From the NCBI GenBank assembly GCA_964016885.1, contig OZ024743.1, positions 308,760,001 to 308,824,000 of the forward strand: a stretch of 64,000 nt of DNA, in the 5' to 3' direction. The stretch's first letter is position 1; each line of letters opens with the position of its first letter. The translations under genes were made by a program, and so were the position numbers. Shown in pieces: positions 1 to 12,930 of the stretch. The DNA comes from Eledone cirrhosa (lineage: Eukaryota). The notes beneath the pieces were generated by a model. The model searched no databases. It was not told the DNA's origin and saw nothing but the letters and a program-made list of their open reading frames with translations.

Positions 1-905
1 TATAATATTCAAGTTTTGTAGCTGACGGCATGTCATTAGGTAAGCTCTGATCATTGAAAGAAAAAGTGGGAAAAAAAAGGAAATAATTTTTAACATTTTA
101 GTAAGGGTTTCACATAATTGATTTTGACAATGGAAAAAAGAAATGAAATAGAATTAAAAATGTAACAAAAACTAGTTTGGTTAAATTAATTTAATGAAAT
201 ATTATAAAACTAACACTGTCTAATGGTATGTTGGTGGTGCATGGTTTCAATATCTCTGTGTCAGTGTATGAGTATGTGCGGTAAATAGCATGAATTTTAT
301 TTATACTTGTGTGTGGATGTGTATATGTATGAGTGTGTTTAATTTTTATTAACTTTGGCAATGATATAGCTAATGATTGCATCATGGTACATTAGTGCAT
401 GGTTTAAATGTGTGTATGTGTGTTTGCATGCACAAATACAATATAATACATTTATACATGTCTGAATATGTGTGCAGTTTTTAAACTTAGGGTTTGCATC
501 ATGTTGTATTGGTTCATGACTTAGTGTGTGTGTATGTATATATATATATGTGTGTGCGAGCAAATAACATGTAATATCATCATACACATGAATGTGTGAG
601 TTTGTGTGTGCAATTGTGTGCAGAAAACATGTAATACAATCATACATGCATGGAAGATAGACGTTAAACGATGATGATGTGAGTGTGCATATGCAAATAA
701 CGTAATGCAATCCTACAAATATATATACGTGTTGTGTCAATGTGTGCAAATAACATAATACAGTCAAACAAATATAAGTGTATATGTGTGTGTTTGTGTG
801 TGTGCGCAATGTTATTATATAACTGTTCTCTGATATAGCTAATCATTGCATCATATTAGAACTTCAATCAAATAATAATGGCATTAATACAGTTTATTGT
901 TGCAG

Positions 906-932
906 GGACTTCTGTATTGCACTGCTGCTTCA
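906..932 (+). other. Candidate 27-nt frame-preserving microexon of the host gene
   Basis: cattaat...tttattgttgcag|GGACTTCTGTATTGCACTGCTGCTTCA|gtatgt; open in phase 1 (..TSVLHCCF), matching the phase of exon 9859. Confidence 0.3.
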
Positions 933-1907
933 GTATGTTATTCCACTTCTTCATTCAACCATCCATCTATCCATTCATTCATTTATTCATTTCTCTTTGG
1001 CAAATTATTTGTCTGACAATAGTTTCTACCTGTTAACCCTTTTGGTACCAAATTACCTGAAACTATCCTTTTTTTCTACAATACAAAGCTGTATATTTTA
1101 AATGTTTGTATTTTATCTGAATGTTTTCTCTCATAATTTTATGTTCGAACCTTTAAATTTGGCTCTAAACACTAACTTAATATGAAAAAAAAATTAGTTA
1201 TATTACGAAGTTCTTTATTATTTTTCAAAATTATTTGAAAATCATTGGTAACGTCTGTCACTGAAAATAAAAAAACTTGGAGAGATTTAGTAATATCACT
1301 AACTTTCTCATTATTAAGATGGTGTTTGGAACATAGCAAAAGTTCTTGCATAGAATGTGTGCTGAAAGAGCTTTGACAATCAACAAATGAACAACCATCT
1401 GGTTATTAAACTGACTGGGAAATTATAAATAATAAATTGAAGTGAAACCCTTACATATAGAAATTTAGATAAATATAAACACTTCAAGATAAGCAGCTTC
1501 ATATTATAGAGCCAAGAATTTGTCAAAAAGTTGGTGAGAGCAGCTAGCATGGCTTAAGTGGATGGGTTTACTCTCATCATGTGCCTGTAAACTAGGGGGA
1601 ATGCAGCTGGGAAAGAGCACATACTCTTGATAGTCTAACTGATCCTGGGTCTGTTGTATTTCTGTGGTTGTCCTCCATATTGAGGTGGAAACCATTTTAT
1701 GGTTGATATTATAGTGTTACCTGATCTGGTTATTTTTTCACTTAATGTAAACTCTTTAATCTTTATTTCACATTGCTCCTTCTACCTGGAGTTGCGACCA
1801 ATAGAGAGTATTATCAATTGGAAAGACCAATGGAAACATTGTTTCCTCGGTCCGATTTGACGAAAGTCGATCGACTATATATATATATATACATACACAC
1901 ACACACT

Positions 1908-2066
1908 CTGGGCTGCTGCAGCTTCCGTCTACCAAATTCCCACTCACAAGGCGTTGGTCAACTTAAGGTTTTTAGCAGAAGTCACTTGCTCAAGGTGCTA
2001 CACAGTGGGACTGAACCAAGAACCATGTAATTACAAAGCAAACTCCTTAAACACACAACCATGCCA
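1908..2066 (-). mobile_element. Diverged CORE-like SINE
   Basis: cacttgctcaaggtgc.acacagtgggactgaacc; a similar relic lies at ~55640-55762. Confidence 0.6.
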
Positions 2067-4296
2067 GTGTTGCCTCTACTGTTTTTGTATCTCCTCCTTG
2101 TACTGTCCGCAACATCTTCAGCTCTTGTGGTTTTAGCTGTGTATGAGTTTCAGTTTTCTATCTTTTATATTATTATCCGTTCCTTTCAAGTTACTTTGAA
2201 GTTGCAGCAAAAATTGATGTTTTAGATGAGAAAATTGTTTTCATATGTATATGTATTGCTAAGCATTTTCATTTCATGATATCTATTAGTGTTTTATTGA
2301 ATATGTTCTGTATACATATACTTTTATATACATACATACTTACATACACCTTTATATACATACATAATTTCTATTTCCCTTGCTTGTCATAATATTAATA
2401 TTATCAACTGCATCGCTGCCATGACAAACACCACCACCACTACCTCAATCACCACCACCACCACCACTGCCACCACCTCCACCACCAATCTTCAATTTAT
2501 CACCCCCTCAATCAGAACCACCAGCTTTCAATTTATCACCACCACTACCACCACTACCATCACCCTTCAATTTATCCCCACCATCACCAACAGACATCTA
2601 TCATCCACAACTATGTGTTTCTTTTTTATTGTTTAACCTCATGCTCAGTGCTAAAAAAACAACCATTTTTGCAAGTTACATGATGATGTTCATGTTATAC
2701 TTTCACTCAGCAATGGCTTTCACTCCTAATTCCTTTGGCCTCATTTTAACCATCTATAACAATAGCTATTATATATTCATCCATAATCATAAATTCTATG
2801 TCATCTGATGTATTTGCTTTTCAATCTTCTTTCCTCTGTTCATTCTTACCTCCCCCCCTCCCAGCTAGCTAAATAAACCCCTCCATATCTTTTCCCATTT
2901 AATACATTCCTGATCTGTTAGTGCCCCACTCTCATATTTCATTTTTATCTATCAAAGGGGCGGTTAAACCTATTTCTTCATATAGTATAGTAAAATGGTA
3001 AATTATTTTGATATATTTTTCTCTTGTTATGTAATGGTGTGGGGGATATATATAGAAATCTATGTAACTGAATATAGATGATGGAGATGGCTCAATGGAA
3101 GCAAGTGATATTGTATGATTTGCAGTATCTAATTCAGTGCTTTACTAACCTGTGTTCAGGTATTTCTGTGAACTATTTGTGCTATATTCCTAGTTATATT
3201 AGTGTTAGTACTAGCATAGAAGTGTAACCTAGTGCTTAGGGTGTTGGATTCATGATCATAAAGTCATGGACTTGACTGCAGCACCCTATGGGGGTGTTAG
3301 ATTTATGATCATAAAGTCATGGGCTCAAATCCTGCACCCTATGGCACGTTATGTTCTTGAGCAAGAGGTTTCATTTCTCAATACTTTTCATGATAGGACA
3401 GGGGCCCCTATCATTAAAACTCCCAATAATTATCCTATAAAAAACAACTTCGTAGGAGATCAGTTAAACCTGCATAAGTGTGAGCTGTAATTTTCATTGT
3501 ATTTCTTCTTAGCACTAGATCAAAGCTTAATGAAACACACTATTTGTATAATATATTTATCTGTTTCTCAATACAGCGTCACAGCTATTAGCTTCTTTAA
3601 TATTTTAATACATTTGTTATTACCTTGACCATATGATATGTCCAACATTACTGTGTTACCATATTATCTCCTGTTATTGTTAGCTCAGCATCACAACATT
3701 GCTGAAAGTATAAGATGTTGGTCTCTTGGATGATAAATATTTTTTTTTTTAGTTTATATATTGTTACTAGCAGCAAAGCGTTTGTGTATTATGTGTGAAA
3801 AGTGCATTGCTTAGTGGTTAGGGTCCTGGGCTGGTGCTTATAAGTTTGATTCTCAATAAAGTGCTGTGTTCTTGAACAAGACACTTTAATTCATGTCCTT
3901 CCCCCAGTTCACTCATTTGGCAAAATTGAGCTGTACCTGTAATTCAAAGGATCAGGTTTTGTTACACACTGTCATGTTAATCTCTGAAAACTATATTAAG
4001 TGGGCTTGTGCCTGGATTGCTCAGCCACTTGAAGGTTAATTACTTGAGTAAGCTTTCCTGTTGTTGAAACAAAACATTTGTCACAACTGATGTAGATCTA
4101 GTGTGTGTGTGAGAGAAAAAAAACACACTAACCAGCTGCTTTACTCTTTTATTCTTTGACTGGTTTCAGTCATTGAACTGCAGCCAGTATTGACCCCAGT
4201 ACCTATCTTATCAGACTGCTAAGTTACTGTCATAAACACAGATATGGACACTTCTATTTAGGTCTGCTCTATCAGAGCTGACCTGGGGCTAAACAA

Positions 4297-4812
4297 TACC
4301 ACCACCATCATCAACATTACCACCATTATCATCATCAGCAGCAGCATCAACACCACAACCATCACTGATATTACTCTCACCCCACCATTACAATTACCAC
4401 TAGCACCACCACCACTATCAATATCATCATTATCAACATTACCATCACCCCCACTCCCACCACGATTACCAACACTACCCATAACACCATCACCATCCAT
4501 AACACTACCACCATCATCACTATCACCATGACCATGAATGCTATCACCATTATTGTCATAACTTCTGCCACCATAACCTCTACTACCACCACTACAACTA
4601 TCACCATATCTACCACTATTGCTACTACCACTACCACCATCATATCTACCACCACTACCACCATCATATCTACCACCGCTATCACCAACCACAGTAACCT
4701 CATTACAATATCTATTATCTCTTCTTACCATTTCTTCTTCACCAGTTCTCCATCAATATTTATCTTCATCTATTTCAACATAACCATCATCATCACCACC
4801 ACCACTATCATT
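4297..4812. repeat. Degenerate (CAC/CAT/TAC)n low-complexity tract
   Basis: Directly visible; a similar tract lies at 2425-2610. Confidence 0.85.
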
Positions 4813-6162
4813 AATCTCTATGCATGTTGTTGTTGTTGCACAAATTCTCTATATTTATTCACAAATTCTCTATATTTATGACTGCCAGGCATGTTACTTT
4901 GATATTTTGTTTTCAAGATGCAAGTCTGCATATTTGTTTAGTTAGTTCTTACTTTCCCCCTCTTCTTTTCTTTTGCTTGTTATTTTTTTTCAGTGTTGTA
5001 ATTTATTTTAGTAAAAAAAAAAAAATGTCATTTTTTGTTTATCTTTGTATTGAATGACTCTTTATACTACAGGATTGTGAAAATTCTTTTATTGGTTTCA
5101 GTCATTTGACTACATCCATGCTGGGGCACTGACTTGATTTGATCGATTATATTGACTGTAGTATTTATTTTTTCAAATCACAAATATATTCCATCGATCT
5201 TTTTTTTTTGTTGAACTGTTAACTTATAAGAGATAAACAATAACACAAGTGTTTGAAGGCAAACTTTTCTGCTAAAGCATGTGTTAGCTCTGCGAGAGAA
5301 GGGAGATAACAAGTTTTTCCTATTTTTCCCTGTTGACTGCGTATCTCCTCACAAATCTCCAGCTTTCATTTCCTCCTCCATCAACACAGATACATACATA
5401 AACATGGCTAGTTATGACCAAAGGAGACCCTGCCTGTCTCCCTAAGTATGTCTGTGTGTACAGCAGAAGCACTGTACTATGTTTGTGAACAGTATACCAG
5501 TAAGAGCTTTACTTGAGTCCCTGTAATGTCAGTGATTGATCACATTGACCGTTTATCAATTATTATTTTTTCAATCAATATTATTTTATAGTCTTGTCGT
5601 ATATATATTTATGTTTATAGATTGGGAGTTACCAGTTTAGACTTGTAAGAATATGTTCAGCTTAGTACTCAATACTTGGGAAAATAGTGTATGTATTAAT
5701 ACATATATATATGTATATATATATTTATTGTTATATTTTAAATAATTAATTGAAATCCATCTTTTAACAGCCATATCGTAAATTTTACTAGAAGTGTCAT
5801 TTTAGCCGCAGCTGTACATGTCTGACAAGTCACTTGACCTGAGACTGTGTGTTGAAACTAAAGCAATTATATCATAGAAGAATCATTTTATCAGACTTGT
5901 ATTAGTCTCAGAACAAGTCAAATGTCAAACAGTGTTGAAACTTAAGCAACTACAACATGGAAGAGTTATTTTAACCATTCAAAAACACTAAAAATGTCTA
6001 ACTTCACATCACTTTTACCATTTATTCCTCGACATCAGCATGATTTTCACACTATTTACAGTGACCAGGTTTTAAACAAACATTTTGTGTGTATTTGAAT
6101 GGTGACAATGACTGTCCTGCACTGTAATTGAATTAATTGTTTCATTATTAATGAGATATGAG

Positions 6163-6357
6163 GGGCAGTGGAATGGCAGTATCGGTAGAGGGTCGGACAC
6201 CATGCTTTGCAGCATAGAGTTACAGCCCTTGCCATTCTGAGTTTAAATCCCGCCGAGGTTAAGTTTGCCTTTCATCCTTACGGGGTTGATAAAATAAAGT
6301 ACCAGTAATGCACTGGGTAATTGCTGGCCTTGTGCCAAAAGTAGAAACAATTATTAT
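6163..6357 (+). mobile_element. tRNA-headed SINE with Nin/Meta-like centre (family B)
   Basis: tggcagtatcggtagag head, B-box-like gagtttaaatcc, gcctttcatccttacggggttgataaaataaagtaccag; imperfect flanking duplication of tgagatat. Confidence 0.8.
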
Positions 6358-6497
6358 TGAGATATTTAACATAACTCAACAAAAAGTTCTTATATCAAAT
6401 TATGTCGGAATATTTTAAGCTAAGTTAGATTCCTTTTAAATGAGTAGTTTTATTTCATAGAACCAGAGGCAATTTTGGCCAGGCTGGGGTTTAAAGG

Positions 6498-6785
6498 GTT
6501 GTTGTTGTTCTTTTTCGTTTTCTTTATTTTCTTTGTTCTTTTTCTTTTTTCTTTCTTTCTTTTCCTTTCTTTTTCTTTTTTCCTTTTCTTTTTTCTTTTT
6601 CTTTTTTTTTCCTTTTCTTTTTTCTTCTTTTCCTTTCCTTTTCTTTCGTTTCATTTCTTTTTCTTTCGTTTCATTTCTTCCTCTTTTGTTTCATTTCTTT
6701 TTCTTTTGTTTCCTTTCTTTTCCTTTCTTTTCTTTCTTTTCTTTCTTTTCCTTTTTCCTCTTCTTTCTTTCCTTCTTGTTCTTCC
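6498..6785. repeat. Polypyrimidine (CTTT/CTT)n tract
   Basis: Directly visible. Confidence 0.9.
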
Positions 6786-9429
6786 TCGGAGGGTCATGAG
6801 GGCAGAGGCCTCAAGCACGCCCACCAGCAGGTCCTGTCAGAAGCACCCGTCTTTAATTGATCCAGCTGGATCTACAATTAAGAACAGCTGACTTCATGGA
6901 AATGATACATGGTTGTTGTAACAGTTTTTTGTTGAAAAACCTGAAATAGATGAAATTACACATAGAATAATATTGTGCATCTGACTTTCTGTCTGTTGGG
7001 ATCTAATGTTCTGCTTGTTAGAGAGGCAGAACAAATGAACCCAAAATTGTGATGTTTCACTGGCTATTCTTTTTTTTTTTTTGTTACTTCATGCATACAC
7101 ACGCACACATGCATGCACTCATACATACATGCATATATATACACATACATACATGCATATATATACACATACATACATGCATATATATACACATACATGC
7201 AGACACACATATCTGAACATACACATGTAGCCACACACTCACTATCAGTGGTGCGAATTTGTACACATAATTTTTCATTTTCTGCTGATGTCCCTTGTGA
7301 AAACCTTCAGTTGATCTGGGAACATTATTAATTAGTTCTTCGTTATATTTTCTATACATGATACAAGATTTCTATATTTGTTGGTGTAGAAATAAATATG
7401 ATATTTTGATTACATTCTATTTAAATTAAACTGATTACCTGTAAGAAAATATCAGTTTCAATGGGATTCATTTTTGTAAAACTATCCGTATATGAAAGGA
7501 AAATTATTAGAAGTACAGATAATCTTTCTAATATTTTTCCTCTAAGGGTTTTGGTAAAACTTTACACTTCAATAATCATAAAAATTTCCTGATCTTCAGA
7601 CCATTTATTTCACTGTATTTCTTCATTCATTCCAAACACCTCATTAAATATTTTGCATGAGTTGTTTTTTTGTATGTCTTCTGCATGTAATTAAAATGTG
7701 TTATGTTATTGTTTGAATATTTGCTAATAATTTTAGTCAGGAAAGCACCATCTTACTGTGATTGATTTAGTTACATATTGAATCAATAATTTTCAAGTTT
7801 GAAACTTCACTCTTTTTTTTTTCTCTTTGGAAAAATATTCTCTTTGCTTTTTGTCATCTAATATTTGCTGAAAACTACATAATCTTCTTAATTCTAAATC
7901 TAAAAGCAAAATAGCCAAAATACATGAAACTATATTTACTGATGTACAGATTTTACTAGGGTTTCTTTTGTAATAATTTATATAAATATTAAATGAATGT
8001 TGTGTAACTGTATTTAATGTTTGGTTTGTTACTAATGATGTTTGTAACCATTTGATGAACATTGATGAATTACTTGAGTGAAATATCTGAATAATTGGCT
8101 AACATTTTAGTATTTCTTTAAATGGAATTATAATTTAGATCTGTTAATATTATTTGCAATTTCCATTTAACAAATAATTAATTATATTAAAAAAAATTAT
8201 ATTTTTAGAATAATTTTTAAAATTTTTAAACAAATGTAAACATTAAAAAAAATGTATGGTTTTATATTGACACTCCCAAATTTTACTGTGTATCTTTACT
8301 TCTAATTTGTACAATTATTTAAGAATATTATTTAATGAGTAGACACATCTATATCTGTAGTAGCTTCCATTGCACATCTATGTCAATTATATTAATAAAT
8401 ATATTGCAACAACCTATCTTAGTTAGAAAATGAATATTAATAACCATGGCCATTAAAAAAGAATTTACTTTTATAAACCAAAGAATAATGCATCACATTT
8501 TTAACTTTTAGTGTAACATGATATATTGAATATATTATATTGTGAAACTTTCTTCGTTTTTTTTACTTAACTAAGAAATAGCTAACAATCTCTTTGTCAG
8601 CATATTTCTAATGAACTACACAGTCTGTATGTTTGAGGAGCCTCTGGTGGTGTGGTATCAAATATACTTTTATTTAATGTTTCAAATATTCAAGGCTTTT
8701 TAGGAGTTTCAGGTGTGGTGGTCTCAAATAGATTTGCCATCACAAACATTATCTTGCTCTTAGATATCTGTTTTAAGGAAAGATGCTGATATCCAATTAT
8801 ATTCTCAGTATTGGAAAACACTAAAATATGAATCTGTATCTCAGCATGATCAGGAATGAGCTTATGCACATACTTATATTTCTTAAGTCAAACAGCCTAT
8901 CCCTATATTTTGAAAAGCTATGTTCCACTTCCTCAGTTGCTAGCATTAGTTAGCACCAGGAAGGGAAACATTACCTCAAAATGGCACCCCCCATGATCAA
9001 TATGAAGTCTGCCAAGGGGTTTGCATGGCTAACTGAGGCTTTAGCAGAAAGAATGTCCTTAAAAGGCTGATTGGTTGTTGCTGGTTGTTTCCACTGGTGT
9101 CAGGATAAGGGGATGGACCCATGTGGCTGTCAGTTCAATATTGTTATGAGAAGCATATTTTGCTTGAACCAGTTTTCTTAATTGACAGTAAAAAAAAAAA
9201 AGGGGGTTTTAATCCTATTTTATGGTTAAATCATTAGTGGGAAGAAAGTCAATTGTTCCAAGAAAACTATCAACACACTTGTAAAGTCATACAAATATGC
9301 ACATACATACATACATGCACATACATACATCTCTTTTTTTAGTTTTACTAAAATAGCAGCTAAATCAGTGATTTCCAACATTTAAAAAAGGGACATGTTT
9401 ATACATAGAAATTAATGGATGTTCAATAG

Positions 9430-9820
9430 TGTGTGTGTATGATGTTTTAAACAAACTACTTAGTGCATGGACCCCAGAGTGGGAACTACTGGGCTAAATA
9501 GCCTGATATAAACTTGTGTTGTATGCTTTAGTATATGTTATTTTAAACAAACTAATTGGATCATGGATCCCAGAGTGGGAACTACTGGGGTAGATATCCT
9601 GCTAGGTGTTGTATCTTTTAGTATATAATTTTTTAAACAAACTACTTGGTTCATATACCCCAGGGTGGGAACTGCTTGGGTAGATATTCTGCTATAAGCT
9701 TCTAAGTGTTGTATCTTTTAATATATGATGTTTTAAACAAACTTCTTGGTTCATGGACCCCAGAGTGGGAACTGCTGGGGTAGGTATTCTGGTATAAACT
9801 TGTAAGTACTGTATCCTTTA
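9430..9820. repeat. Four-unit tandem repeat (~90-100 bp units)
   Basis: ttttaaacaaact..ttggttcatggaccccagagtgggaact recurs at ~9445, 9541, 9631 and 9731. Confidence 0.85.
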
Positions 9821-9858
9821 ACTTAGTTCATCTTCTTTCCATTTTCTCCTTGCTTCAG

Positions 9859-9951
9859 ATGATCCTGTGAAATCAGAAGATGACCAGATTATCTTACGAG
9901 TAATTGAAGCATACTGCACAAGTGCAAAAACCCGACAAACAGTCAATTCCT
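9859..9951 (+). CDS. ARHGEF7: Internal coding exon of a PIX-family Rho GEF (ARHGEF7/ARHGEF6 homolog), region of the GIT-binding segment
   Basis: Polypyrimidine acceptor ttttctccttgcttcag| and donor |gtgagt; 93 nt, phase 1-1. It encodes DPVKSEDDQIILRVIEAYCTSAKTRQTVNS, closely matching the vertebrate beta-PIX motif EEDAQILKVIEAYCTSAKTRQTLNS (recalled, not searched). Confidence 0.9.
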
Positions 9952-10196
9952 GTGAGTATTTCTTACTTTGTTTCTTTTTTTTTGTTTTCTGTATTTTATT
10001 TTTGTTGTTATTGAAACTGCAGCTTCACCGACAGCTTTCGTGTTCAAAATTTCATCATCTTCAATCATTCCAGATCCACTTTTAATTGTTGTCATTTATG
10101 TTGTGCCTCAGTCTGCCATGTTGCTTCTCTATCTCTCTTCCTCCATGTATCAAAATCACTATTGCTTCAATTCACACATTTTCATTTCTATCTGTT

Positions 10197-10205
10197 ATGT
10201 GTGTG

Positions 10206-10277
<72 letters not shown>

Positions 10278-10675
10278 TTCCTATGTATGTATCTCTCTGC
10301 TTGTGTGTATACGTGTCTTCCTGTGTATGTATCTCTCTACTTGTGTGTATACGTGTCTGTGTGTGTATGTGTGTTTCTGTATGTGTGCCTGTGTCAGTCT
10401 GTGTGTATGTATGTGTGTGTCTCTGTGTGTGTTTCTGTATGTGTGCCTATGTCAGTCTGTGTGTGTGTGTGTATTTTTCCTTATCTATTTATCTATGTTC
10501 CAATGAAAACTACAATCTTTGCAGTTTTCCTTATGAATTTTCCTTTTCTTTTTTTCACTTGTCGTTGGTGTGTGCATATCAATACATATTTGTCGTGTTA
10601 TCTCTTACCTATATCATATTACATGTGTGTGTATACATATATACATATGCATGCATGTGTATATAAATGTACATG

Positions 10676-10727
<52 letters not shown>

Positions 10728-10795
10728 CACACACACATGCGTGTATATATGTATATTTATATATCTGTATATCTGTATGTATATGCATACATATA
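10197..10795. repeat. (TG)n/(TCTG)n microsatellite region
   Basis: Directly visible. Confidence 0.9.
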
Positions 10796-10906
10796 ACTTT
10801 TCACTATACATACTCTACTTTTCCAAGTATTAAGTACTTAGCTGAATATGGTCTTACTAGTCTAACTAGTAACTTCTAGTCTATAAACATTATATATATT
10901 TCATTA

Positions 10907-11082
10907 GGACGGTGGATTGGCAGTATCGGTAGAGAGTCGGACACTATGCTTTGAAGCATAGTTACGTCCCTTTATGTTCTGAGTTCAAATTCCGCCGAGG
11001 TTAACTTTGCCTTTCATCCTTACGGGGTCGATAAAATAAAGTACCAGTAATGTACTGGGTAATTGCTGGCCTTGTGCCAAAA

Positions 11083-11083
<1 letters not shown>
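10907..11083 (+). mobile_element. Family B SINE
   Basis: Matches 6163-6357. Confidence 0.8.
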
Positions 11084-11129
<46 letters not shown>

Positions 11130-12699
11130 CCATTGGAAACTTCATATTGAGTTTTACATCTTGAGATGACAGTCTGAATCATCAAATATATGAAATATAC
11201 AGTTTTCTGCTCATAAGAAATAGGATAAAACTTTACTTTTGTTTCTATCTTGTCCACACACTTCGTTGTGCTATAACAATAGATACCAGACTCACACACA
11301 CACACACATGTATATATTAGTAGATATTCATTTATTGTTTATCATTACTTTACATCTGCTTCCCACGCTAATATAGGTTGGATTATTAACTATATTGAGA
11401 ATGTATTTCTGTACAAAACTAACTACAATATTTAATTAGTTACATTGAGACAAGAACAATAATAATATATATAATATAAGAAAATGTCACTGGATCGAGA
11501 TCTTTGGCACTATGCAGTTATACAGAAGACCCGCCTTCCCTTACATACAAACTTAAACCTACAGTCAGTACGGACCTTAACCCAATATACACTCCACCCT
11601 CCCACTTCTGTCCACTAATGGTCATGTAAGTGACACAACAAAAAGCACCCAGTCCACGCCTTAAAGTGGTCGTGTAGGAGACATGGTAAAAAGGCTCCCG
11701 GTTCACACTGTAAATGTGATTGGTGTTAGGAAGGGCATCCAGCTGTAGAAAACCTGCCAGAAACAAGTCTGTACAAGCGAGGCATGGTCTCCTGACCAAT
11801 CTCACCTCAAGTGGGACAAAACTGTCCAACCCATGATAGCGTGGAAGATGAATGATGATGATAAATACTAGTAGCCATACCTGCGGTTGCTCTGGAAAGC
11901 AATAACTGAGATGGTGGATAATTTCTTAGAAAAGAATAATGCCAATTCAACATAAATTTAATAATCCAAACAAAGTATTAATATTCTTGTAAGGGCGGTA
12001 CATAGTCATACACACACACACAGACACAGACACAGACACACACACACTCTCTCTCTCTCTCTCTCTTAGGACCAATGATGTTGTTAGAACTCTACGTAGT
12101 ACAGAATTAATAATTCTACTGAGATCAGGTGATGAGAGTTCGTTTTTGTAGTAGGGCTTTCATCATATAGGATTTTGTTGGGCATTCAAATAACCTACAG
12201 AATAATATATATATATATGGCCTCAGCTTAGGCTGGAACAGGTAAAAGAGTATATATATATATGTGTGTGTGTATATATATTCATTTGGAGAGATATGAC
12301 ATGTTTTTCAAAAAATTAAATTGTCCAAAGAAAAAGACACTTCTTCATTTCTAGGGTTTCAAGAAACTGAAGCTTTGGAGTTTTCCAAAGTGAAAAAAAA
12401 AAGTGAAACCTGACAGTTTTGTAAAATAAAACAAAAACGAAAACAAAAAAAAGTTTTTTTTCAGACAATTGAGGACTGATTACTTACTTAAAAAACATCT
12501 ATTGTTATGTCATTATTGAGGTTTTATCCACTACATATTCTTTTTTACAAATCACCCATGTGCATTGAAAGTTTATACAAGAGTTAGAACGGTTCTTATC
12601 TAATATATGAGATACAATTTATTTTCCTGTAAAAGCTATATCAATATATCTTTTCAAATAATGGATTTAAACAATTATTTAAGGATATCAGAGCAGTAT

Positions 12700-12930
12700 A
12701 TCATTCGCTTAGCGAGTGGGGTGGAATTTGTCAAATAGGACTAAGGGTACAATGTTTCCATTGGTCTTTCTATTGCTGATACTAGCTATCGGTTGCGATG
12801 CCTGGCAAAAGGTGCAACATGAAATAAAGTGTCTTGCTCAAGGACATAATGCATGGCTCAGTCAGGGAATCGAACTCATAACCTCACAATTGTGAATCCA
12901 GTTCTCTAACCACTAAGCCACATGCCTTCA
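12700..12930 (-). mobile_element. Family C SINE
   Basis: Homologous to 44975-45232. Confidence 0.7.

Noticed and set aside
4258-4881. Gly/Asp-rich and Thr/Ile-rich ORFs
   Set aside because: Degenerate trinucleotide repeat open in several frames, with no splice or homology support.
6436-6891. Lys-rich and Phe-rich ORFs
   Set aside because: Polypyrimidine tract, possibly the expanded tail of an unclassified retroelement ending at ~6785-6880.
9430-9820. CRISPR-like repeat/spacer appearance
   Set aside because: The intervening sequences are homologous to each other, the context is eukaryotic and no cas genes are present. The same holds for 56620-56937.
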